From assembly GCA_965204755.1 (NCBI GenBank), contig OZ242011.1, forward strand, positions 1,632,001-1,696,000: a DNA stretch of 64,000 bases. Reading direction: 5' to 3'. Source of the DNA: Candidatus Marinacidobacterium sp. GTDB taxonomy: Bacteria > Acidobacteriota > Vicinamibacteria > Marinacidobacterales > Marinacidobacteraceae. Positions 56,449 to 64,000 of this stretch are shown in pieces. Each line of letters opens with the position of its first letter. Position 1 is the first letter of the stretch. Made by a program: the position numbers and the translations under genes. The notes beneath the pieces are model-generated. The model was not told the DNA's origin. It saw nothing but the letters and a program-made list of their open reading frames with translations, and ran no database searches.

Positions 56449-58254
56449 ATGAAGTCCGACAATCCCACATTGAAGCAACTCTTCGAAGGAGAAAAGGAGT
56501 ACCGCGTTCCGCTGTACCAGAGGCTCTATGTGTGGAACGAGGCGGACCAGTGGGCGCCGTTGTGGGAGGACATCACCGGGATCGCAGCCAGACTGGCCGA
56601 AACGGAGACGGTCACTCCTCATTTCTTCGGCGCCATCGTGCTGAAGATCGGCGGCATCACGCCGGAGGAGTCGAGTGTCTGGCGCGTGATCGACGGGCAA
56701 CAGCGTCTGACCACCATGCAACTCGTCATCGCCGCCGTCGCCGACGAATTTGCCAGCCAGCAGGAAGACCCGAAGTCCGTCGCGCGTTTGAGAGAACTCA
56801 CCGAGAACCCCCGGCATGCGTGGCCCGGGCGCCGCTACAAGATGCGGCACAGCGGCAACAACTACGCGTTATTCGCCGATGTGATGGGCGCCGGCGGTGA
56901 CGAGGAGGTCATCCACCAACTGGACAACACGATGGCCGGCGGTCAACCGAACAGCGCGATGGCCGAGTGCTATCTGTACTTTCGGAATGCTGCGCGCCGT
57001 TGGCTGCAGTCTGCGACAGACGACAACGCCGCAGAGCGTCTCACCGACACGCTGCGCACGAAGTTACAGACCGTGGCCATCTATCTCGAACCGGACGAGC
57101 CGGAGCACCTGATCTTCGAGACGCTGAATGCGCGCGGCGCTGCCTTGACCGAATGGGACAAGATCAGGAACTACTTGTTCTATCGGATCCAAGAGGACCA
57201 AGATGGTCTGTTCCGCAAACTGTCGGATTTCGACGAGGACTGGTGGCGCGAGGAATCCGGGAAGGGTCAGGACAGGCGACCTCGGACGGATCGCTTCGTG
57301 GACTACTGGTTGGAGTCGAAGATCGAGGTATCGGTCGGGGCGTCTCGCGTCTTCCGGGAGTTCAGGGTACGGGCGGAGAGTCTCGATCAAGAGGGCTTGG
57401 GCTCGTGGATCGAGTCCTTGGCGGATGACGCGAAGCACTATCTGGAATTCGAGAGCGGGATCGAACACCCGAACCAGGACAGTGTGGAGCGACTTTTCCA
57501 CGAGCGACGGCGCTGGATGGAAATCGGCTCGGTCTGGCCCTTCCTGCTCCGTCTCCGCAGGGCCGATCTCGACCGAAACCGGTACCACTCGGTGCTGTCG
57601 ACCTTGGAGAGTTGGTGGGTCAGACGCTGGATTCGAGGGCACCGAGGTCACTCCTACCCGGATCGCGCCCTCGACCTGCTGCGGCGAGTGTCGAGAACAA
57701 AAGGGGGCCCCGATGTCCCGGGTGTCGTCTTGGATCGGCTCGCCGAGTTGGCCGATGCCGGCGGTCGGTGGCCGGGGGATGTCGAAGTGAAGACGGCGGT
57801 GGTGGAGAATTTTCATTCCCTTCGCCTACGCCGCTTGATTCTGGAGGCTGTCGAACGACACCTCACGCCGCCGAGAGCCGAAAAGGATCCGCCGAAGCAC
57901 GGTGTCCTGCAGATCGAGCACATCATGCCCGTGGCGTGGAAGCCGGATGCTTGGCCTATCGGTAAGGACACGCCGGAGGCCAAGGAGGAAAGAGAAGGGT
58001 GGATCGAGACGCTCGGCAACCTCACCTTGGTCCACGAGAAACTGAATCCGGGCATGGGCAACAACGCCTGGAAGAAGAAGCAGAAGGCGATCTTCGAGAA
58101 CAGCAACTTGTTCTTGAACAAAGACCTCCTCCGGCGAGCGCCCGACACCTGGGACGAGGGCGCCATCCGCAAGCGCGGCGAGTGGCTGGCGGAGCAGGTC
58201 TGTGAGATCTGGCCTCACGCCGAAGTGCTGAGGCAGCGGCTCGGAGAGCCGTAG
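56449..58254 (+). CDS. gmrSD: GmrSD-family (DUF262 + DUF1524/HNH) modification-dependent restriction protein
   Basis: VPLYQRLYVW, IDGQQR, IFETLNARG, IEHIMP, LGNLTL...N. Confidence 0.88.
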   Translation: MKSDNPTLKQLFEGEKEYRVPLYQRLYVWNEADQWAPLWEDITGIAARLAETETVTPHFFGAIVLKIGGITPEESSVWRVIDGQQRLTTMQLVIAAVADEFASQQEDPKSVARLRELTENPRHAWPGRRYKMRHSGNNYALFADVMGAGGDEEVIHQLDNTMAGGQPNSAMAECYLYFRNAARRWLQSATDDNAAERLTDTLRTKLQTVAIYLEPDEPEHLIFETLNARGAALTEWDKIRNYLFYRIQEDQDGLFRKLSDFDEDWWREESGKGQDRRPRTDRFVDYWLESKIEVSVGASRVFREFRVRAESLDQEGLGSWIESLADDAKHYLEFESGIEHPNQDSVERLFHERRRWMEIGSVWPFLLRLRRADLDRNRYHSVLSTLESWWVRRWIRGHRGHSYPDRALDLLRRVSRTKGGPDVPGVVLDRLAELADAGGRWPGDVEVKTAVVENFHSLRLRRLILEAVERHLTPPRAEKDPPKHGVLQIEHIMPVAWKPDAWPIGKDTPEAKEEREGWIETLGNLTLVHEKLNPGMGNNAWKKKQKAIFENSNLFLNKDLLRRAPDTWDEGAIRKRGEWLAEQVCEIWPHAEVLRQRLGEP

Positions 58255-58262
58255 GCGCCGCA

Positions 58263-58330
58263 GACGGGGCGTGCATGCCCCGTCCACCGAGCGCGGAGGC
58301 GGGCGCGCCGGGCCGAGCGGCGCGCCCGCC
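58263..58330. terminator. Two GC hairpins between convergent genes
   Basis: GACGGGGC/GCCCCGTC (58263-58284) and GGCGGGCGCGCCG/CGGCGCGCCCGCC (58298-58330). Confidence 0.45.
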
Positions 58331-58344
58331 CGCGGGCGGGCGGC

Positions 58345-61300
58345 CTACTCGCCCGCTTTCTTCGCCTCCACGCGCACCAAGCCCGGGACGCCCTCCGCCT
58401 CCAAGGTGCGGTTGAGTTCCGGCAACTGGGATTCCAGGACGCCGGCGAGTTCCGACTGGGCGGCGGTGAGGCGCTCCTTCAGGACCCCGTGGACTTCGCG
58501 CATCTGGTCGGTCGGGCGGAAGTCGGCGGTGGCGACGGCGCCGGCGAGGTAGGAGATGCGGCCGGCGAGTTGGGCGGGCCAGCGGACGGTGTCCTGGCCG
58601 GTGCCCGTGGTGTAACGCTGGATCAGGCGGTTCTCCACGGCGATCAGCGAGCCGTCGAAGCCGTCCACCGCGGAAGCCACCGCCTCGGCCTGCCCGGTTT
58701 CCTCGGCGAGCGCCTGCAGGTCGAGCAACTGGCGGCGCAGCCATTCGATCTCGTTCACCATCACCGCCACCGCTTCGAGGTCGCCGCGGAGTTCCCGCAG
58801 CATCGCGTCCTGCTCGGCGATGTCCGCGGCGCCGCCTTCGCTGCGGGGATCCTTCAGCACCGTCAGCGACTGCGTCTGCTCGTCGCCGTCGCCGACCTTC
58901 AGCGCGATCTCGTATTCGCCCGGCGGGGCGAGGATGGCGATCCGGCCTTCCGGCGCGGAACGCGAACGATCCTCGTCCAGCACTACCCAGTCGGCGTGCG
59001 CCGGCTTCGTGCGGAGGCGCATCTCCGTCGTCTGTTCCTCGCGGAGGTTCCACCAGACCCGGTTCAGCCCGGCGTCGCCGCCGGCCTCCAGTTCGCGGAT
59101 CGTCTCGCCGGCGGCGTTCCGCACCACGAGCGAGACCTCTTCCGCCTCCGAACCCAGCCAGTAACTCAGCGAAGCCCCGTACGGCGGGTTCTCCCCCGCC
59201 GACCAGTCGTCGAACTGCGCGAACGGCGCGGTGATCGGGTGGAACCGGTACGCCCGGCGCGGCTCGAACAGGTGCGCCTCCTTCTCCGCGATCTCGTCGC
59301 TCCACTGCTGCAGCGGGCCGATGTCGTCCATGATCCAGAAGCCGCGCCCGTAGGTGCCGACCACCAGGTCGCCGAAGTGCTCCTGCACCGCGATCCAGTA
59401 CATCGGGCTCGGCGGCAGACCGTTGGCCAGGCGCTGCCAGTTGTCGCCGTCGTCGAAACTCACATAGAGGAAGTTCTCCGTGCCGAGGTAGAGCAAACCG
59501 GGCCGGGCCGGATCCTCCCGCACATTCCGCGTGTAACTCAGCGGGCTGTCGGTGACGCCGTTCACGATCTTCGTCCAACTCCCGCCGAAGTCCTCGGTCC
59601 GGTACACATACGGCGCGAAGTCGCCCACCTGGTGCGCTTCGACGGTCATGTACGCCTTCCCGGCGCTCCACTTCGAGGCGTCCACATTGCGCACCACGCC
59701 GTCCGTCGGCATGTCCGGCACATTCTCCGTGACATTCGTCCAGGTTTCCCCGCCGTCCCGGGTGACCTGGATCCGTCCGTCGTTCGTCCCGGCCCAGATG
59801 ACGCCGCGCTCCACCGGGCTCTCGTCGATCGCATAGACCACGCAGCAGTACTCGACCCCGATGTTGTCCGGGGTCAGGCCGCCGGAGATCGTCTGCCGAC
59901 TGAGGTCGTTCGTGGTCAGGTCGGGGCTGATCTCCTCCCAACTCTGGCCGCCGTTCGTCGTCCGGTGGACATGCTGGCTGCCCACATAGAGCGTGTTCCG
60001 GTCGTGCGGCGAGATGAGCAGCGGGAACACCCACTGGAAGCGGTAGCGAAGACCCTCCGCCGGCCAGCCCAGCGTGCTCTCCGGCCAGACCTCGACCTGC
60101 CGGAACTGCCGGGTGCGCTCGTCGTAACGCACGACGATTCCTCCGGCGGCGCCCGCGCCGGAGGCGCTCGACCACACGATGTTCGGGTCCTCCGGGTCGG
60201 GCGTGGCGAAACCGCTCTCGCCGCCGCCCACGCCGTGCCACATGCCGCGGGGAATGCCGGAACCGAAGAAGCCGCCGGTAAACGCCCGGCTCGGCCCGCG
60301 CGTCGAAGGCCCGTCCTGACGATTCCCGAGCACATTGTAGGGAATGTCGTTATCTACGGTCACATGGTACATCTGCGCGATCGGCAACTGCACCTTGAAC
60401 CAACTCTTCCCCCGGTTCTCGGAAATGGAAACGCCGCCGTCGTGCGCGACCGCCATCCGGTTCGCGTCGGTATGGTCGATCCACATGTCGTGGTGGTCCC
60501 AGCCCGGCGCCTCCGCGCGACCGTGCACCCGGTGCGTCTTCCCGGCGTCCAGCGTGGAGGCGAACGAAGCGGTCAGGAAGTACGCCTCGTCCCGGTCGTC
60601 CGGCGCGGCGGCGCAGCGCGAGTAGTAGGCGCTTCGTCCGGCGAGGTTGCGGTTGTGCGTCTGGATCGTCCAGGTCTTGCCGCCGTCGCTCGTGGCCCAG
60701 AGTTCGCCGCTCTCCGCTTCGCCGCCGTCCCAGGGCACGCCGTCGCTGGTTTCGATGAGCGCGTACACCCGGCGGGAGTCGGACTTGCTCATGCAGAGCG
60801 CGATCTTGCCCACATCGTGTTCGGGCAGCCCGTTGCCTTCGAGGCGGGTCCAGTCGTCGCCGCCGTTCACGGTCATGTACAGCCCGCTCCCCGGGCCGCC
60901 GCTCACCCGGCCCCAGGTGCGGATGGCGAGTTGCCACATGCCGGCGAACAGGATGCGCGGGTTGTTCGGGTCCATCACCAGGTCGGAGGCGCCGGTCTCC
61001 TCGTCCACCGCGAGCGCCAGTTCCCAGGTCTCCCCGCCGTCGGCGGTGCGGTACACGCCGCGTTCGGGCTGCGGCGCGTAGGCGTGGCCGAGCGACGCCG
61101 CGTACACGATGTCCGGGTTCGTCGGATGGATGACGATGCGGCCGATGCGGGCGCTCGCTTCGAGCCCCATCGCCCGCCAGGTTTCGCCGGCGTCGGTGGA
61201 CTTGAAGACGCCGGTGCCGATGGAGACATTGGCGCGGATGAAGGTCTCGCCGGTGCCGGCCCAGACGATGTTGGGATCGGACTCGGACACCGCCAGCGCC

Positions 61301-61572
61301 CCGATCGCGTGGACTTCCTGGTCGTCGAACACCGGACGCCACTTCAGCCCGGCGTCCTCGGTCTTCCAGATGCCGCCGGTGGCGGCGCCGGCGTAGTAGG
61401 TCTCCCGGTCGCCGGGGACGCCGGCGACGGCGAGCGTCCGGTTGCCGACCGGGCCGATGTGGCGGAACTTCAGGCCGCCCAACTGCTCGGGGGCGGGTTG
61501 GCCGGAGGCGGCCGCGGCGGCGAGGAGCGCGGCGGCGAAGGCGGCGGCGAGAACGCGGAGTCGAACGAACAT
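58345..61572 (-). CDS. VPS10/BNR-repeat glycosyl hydrolase-like secreted protein
   Basis: Signal peptide, FRHIGP, many S/T.D.G.TW Asp-boxes. GGAGG RBS before ATG 61572. Confidence 0.88.
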   Translation of the reverse strand: MFVRLRVLAAAFAAALLAAAAASGQPAPEQLGGLKFRHIGPVGNRTLAVAGVPGDRETYYAGAATGGIWKTEDAGLKWRPVFDDQEVHAIGALAVSESDPNIVWAGTGETFIRANVSIGTGVFKSTDAGETWRAMGLEASARIGRIVIHPTNPDIVYAASLGHAYAPQPERGVYRTADGGETWELALAVDEETGASDLVMDPNNPRILFAGMWQLAIRTWGRVSGGPGSGLYMTVNGGDDWTRLEGNGLPEHDVGKIALCMSKSDSRRVYALIETSDGVPWDGGEAESGELWATSDGGKTWTIQTHNRNLAGRSAYYSRCAAAPDDRDEAYFLTASFASTLDAGKTHRVHGRAEAPGWDHHDMWIDHTDANRMAVAHDGGVSISENRGKSWFKVQLPIAQMYHVTVDNDIPYNVLGNRQDGPSTRGPSRAFTGGFFGSGIPRGMWHGVGGGESGFATPDPEDPNIVWSSASGAGAAGGIVVRYDERTRQFRQVEVWPESTLGWPAEGLRYRFQWVFPLLISPHDRNTLYVGSQHVHRTTNGGQSWEEISPDLTTNDLSRQTISGGLTPDNIGVEYCCVVYAIDESPVERGVIWAGTNDGRIQVTRDGGETWTNVTENVPDMPTDGVVRNVDASKWSAGKAYMTVEAHQVGDFAPYVYRTEDFGGSWTKIVNGVTDSPLSYTRNVREDPARPGLLYLGTENFLYVSFDDGDNWQRLANGLPPSPMYWIAVQEHFGDLVVGTYGRGFWIMDDIGPLQQWSDEIAEKEAHLFEPRRAYRFHPITAPFAQFDDWSAGENPPYGASLSYWLGSEAEEVSLVVRNAAGETIRELEAGGDAGLNRVWWNLREEQTTEMRLRTKPAHADWVVLDEDRSRSAPEGRIAILAPPGEYEIALKVGDGDEQTQSLTVLKDPRSEGGAADIAEQDAMLRELRGDLEAVAVMVNEIEWLRRQLLDLQALAEETGQAEAVASAVDGFDGSLIAVENRLIQRYTTGTGQDTVRWPAQLAGRISYLAGAVATADFRPTDQMREVHGVLKERLTAAQSELAGVLESQLPELNRTLEAEGVPGLVRVEAKKAGE

Positions 61573-61616
61573 GGGGACCTCCCGGAGACGGGGTGGAAGC
61601 GGGTCGGGGGAACCGA

Positions 61617-62957
61617 TTATGCCGATTCGCCGCCGGGTTCCGTCCCCGGGGGCGGCGAATCGCGGCGGAACCACCGGTAGAGCGGGACGCCGGCGGCGGT
61701 GATTCCGAGGCCGACCAGCGCGTCGCGCGGGTCGGTGAGCAGCGTGTTGACCAGCAGCGCCGCCGAGAACACCGTGAACAGCGCCGGGAGGAGCGGATAC
61801 CCGAAGGCGCGGTACGGACGGGGCAGGTCGGGGCGGCTGCGGCGCAGGGCGAAAACCGCCGCGCTGCCGAGGCCGTAGAACAGCCACGAGACCACCACGA
61901 CATAGGTGAACAACTGGTCGTAGGTCCCGGTGAGCGCGATGGCGGCCGCCCAGACCCCCTGCGCCAGGGTGGCGCTGCGGGGGGCGCCCCCGGCGCCCAG
62001 CCGTCCGAACGACCGGAAGAACACGCCGTCGCGGGCCATCGCGTAATAGACCCGGGCGCCGGTGAAGATGAACCCGTTGGCGGCGGCGAAGCAGGAGACC
62101 ATCACCGCCGCCGAGACCAGCCGGCTCCCGAAGGGGCCGGCCACCGCGCGGGCGGCGTCGGCGGCCACGGTCTCCGTCCCGACGAAGTCGGCGAGCGGCA
62201 GCGCCCGGAGGTAGGCGAGGTGCAGCAGCAGGTAGATGCCGATCAGCGCCAGCAGGCTCACCGAAATCGCCCGGGGCAGGAACCGCTGCGGGTTCCTCAC
62301 CTCGCCGCCGACGAAGGTGATGCTGATCCAGCCGTCGTAGGCCCAGAGCGCCGCGATCATCGCCGCCCCCCACCGCGCCGCGGTCCCGCCTTCCACCGGC
62401 AGCCGGGCGGAGGCGATCTCCCCCGCCGGCTGCCCGCCCCAGAAGACGCAGAGCGCGATGACGGCGCCGGTCATCGCCAGTTTGGCGATCGTGGTCACAT
62501 TCTGCGTCCGCGCCGAACGGCGGACGCTGCGGCAGTTCCAGACCGAGAGGGCGAGGATCAGGCCGACGGCGGCGGCTTTCCGCGCCGGCGGGGTCAGGCC
62601 GACGAAGTCGCCGGCGTATTCCACGCAGATGACCGCCACCGCCGCGATGGAGGCGGTCTGGATCACCGCGAACAGGCTCCACCCGTAGAGGAACCCGACG
62701 AGCGGGCTCCAGGCGCGCTCCAGGTACACATACTCCCCGCCGGCCCGGGGGAACAGCGCCGCCAGTTCCGCGATGGCGAACGCGCCGCACAGCGAGATCG
62801 CCCCGGCGGCGACCCACACCAGCCCCGCCCCGAAGGCGCCGCCGGTCGCGGTCACCACATGCGCCGGCACCACGAACGCGGCGGACGCGAGGATCGTCCC
62901 GATGTTGATCAGGAGCGCGTCCGGGAGCCGCAACTCCCGCCGCAGGCCGCCGCCCAT
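61617..62957 (-). CDS. APC family amino acid permease
   Basis: AGGEYVYL, WAYDGW, GEVRNPQR.LP, R..YAMARDG, RPYR..GYP. Confidence 0.9.
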   Translation of the reverse strand: MGGGLRRELRLPDALLINIGTILASAAFVVPAHVVTATGGAFGAGLVWVAAGAISLCGAFAIAELAALFPRAGGEYVYLERAWSPLVGFLYGWSLFAVIQTASIAAVAVICVEYAGDFVGLTPPARKAAAVGLILALSVWNCRSVRRSARTQNVTTIAKLAMTGAVIALCVFWGGQPAGEIASARLPVEGGTAARWGAAMIAALWAYDGWISITFVGGEVRNPQRFLPRAISVSLLALIGIYLLLHLAYLRALPLADFVGTETVAADAARAVAGPFGSRLVSAAVMVSCFAAANGFIFTGARVYYAMARDGVFFRSFGRLGAGGAPRSATLAQGVWAAAIALTGTYDQLFTYVVVVSWLFYGLGSAAVFALRRSRPDLPRPYRAFGYPLLPALFTVFSAALLVNTLLTDPRDALVGLGITAAGVPLYRWFRRDSPPPGTEPGGESA

Positions 62958-63038
62958 CCGGCGAAGTATCCGCGCCCGCCGGGGGTCTTGTCTTCGGGGC
63001 GCGCGGCGCCGCCGGCATTCGGCGGCGGGCCGCCGGGG

Positions 63039-64000
63039 TTACCGCGCCGGAACCGCTCGGAGGATGTAATCCATCAGGCTGGGTATGCCGGGTTCCCAAT
63101 CCGGCATGCCGTCCGTCCGCCAGACGAAACCCAAGTGACGGAACTCCTGCTCGGCAGCCTCCGCCTCGTCATCGCCGGCGGCCTCGCCGAAACCCCGAAG
63201 GATGGCGGCGTCCAGTTCGCTGTCGGAGATGACGGAGCGCGACTCGAAGGCCTCCGCGACCGCCCGCGCCGGCCGTAGCAGTCTCCGTTCCTTCAGTTCG
63301 TCGTAGCGCTGGGAGTAATAGCGGTTCCTCTGTTTCTCGAAGACGGCCTGGCAAGCCGGCGCATCGTCGGAGACGATGCGTTCGCGGGATTCCGCGCGGG
63401 CTCGCACCCAAACGGCCTCGCCCCACAGTTGGACGAAGAAGGGATACGCGTCGCTCTCGCGAACGATGTGCTCCAGGGCGCCGTCCGTGATGGTGATGTC
63501 ATCTTCCCGGAGCGGCCTCCGGATCGCCTCCGCCGCGGCGCGTTCGTCGAGCCTCCCCAAACCGATGATCCGGCTGCGGCTCCGGAACGAAGATCCGAGC
63601 GTTCCCAAGCGGGAACACAGATCCGGGGTTCCCGCAAGCACCAGCAGGAACGGGGCATCCCGTCCTGCGAGTTGGGCCGCGTCGAGCAGGGCTCGGCCGA
63701 TCCCGGGTTGGAGCATGTGCGCTTCGTCCAGCAGGATCGCCAGCGGCTTCCGGTTGGCGCGTACGGAGAGGACGGATCGGATCCGGGGCGCCGGCCCGCT
63801 CCCGCCGGGCCGCCAGGTGAAGCCGCGAATCGCGTTCTCCTGCGGCCTTACGGTCTCCCACCAGCACTGGGGCAAAAGGAATTCGGCCAATTCCAACTCC
63901 GAATCGAAGTCCGAGGGCGTCAACTCCAGCACATCCACGCCGGAGAAAACCGCCCCTTCTTCTTGCACCCACGCCAGAAGCGCCGTCTTGCCGTTGCCGC
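63039..64000 (-). CDS. AAA/STAND-like ATPase (5'-partial)
   Basis: Walker A fragment GNGKT at the window edge. ILLDEAH, LAGTP, YPFFVQ. Confidence 0.8.
   Translation of the reverse strand, partial: GNGKTALLAWVQEEGAVFSGVDVLELTPSDFDSELELAEFLLPQCWWETVRPQENAIRGFTWRPGGSGPAPRIRSVLSVRANRKPLAILLDEAHMLQPGIGRALLDAAQLAGRDAPFLLVLAGTPDLCSRLGTLGSSFRSRSRIIGLGRLDERAAAEAIRRPLREDDITITDGALEHIVRESDAYPFFVQLWGEAVWVRARAESRERIVSDDAPACQAVFEKQRNRYYSQRYDELKERRLLRPARAVAEAFESRSVISDSELDAAILRGFGEAAGDDEAEAAEQEFRHLGFVWRTDGMPDWEPGIPSLMDYILRAVPAR

Noticed and set aside
61573-63099. Long N-terminal extensions of the VPS10 ORF (likewise phoD, PQQ-DH, YVTN and DUF429-like ORFs)
   Set aside because: They overlap upstream genes in another frame. 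Downstream starts with an RBS or signal peptide fit better.

Overview
High-GC (roughly 70% by eye) bacterial chromosomal window. The gene content (VPS10/BNR protein, DUF5916 barrel, PQQ dehydrogenase with cytochrome c, S9 peptidase, long ankyrin protein) suggests an Acidobacteria/Gemmatimonadota-like, possibly host-associated organism; this is inference. Housekeeping and transport genes (potABCD-like, FecCD/Btu-type ABC, Nramp, APC permease, phoD, GcvT + Rieske oxygenase) are interleaved with many defence or TA-type genes: type III R-M, GmrSD, AAA_21+PIN, DUF4143 and DUF234 ATPases, Fic, ImmA/IrrE and an orphan VapB. I recognised no integrase or transposase. The most striking signals are: (1) near-total absence of the palindromes AGCT and ACGT, extending to a compensatory rewrite of the conserved D-stem of tRNA-Ile; (2) a translationally coupled four-gene operon encoding a triple-AAA+ ATPase, a ~21-repeat ankyrin protein and two small paralogous membrane proteins; (3) two non-CRISPR phased arrays with a short constant core and variable spacers (14 x CTATACACAATT, DnaA-box-like and AGCT-rich; 9 x C7-core units of ~33 bp); (4) AT-rich inverted repeats overlapping the start codons of two stand-alone ATPase-nuclease genes. 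All counts are by eye and need computational confirmation.
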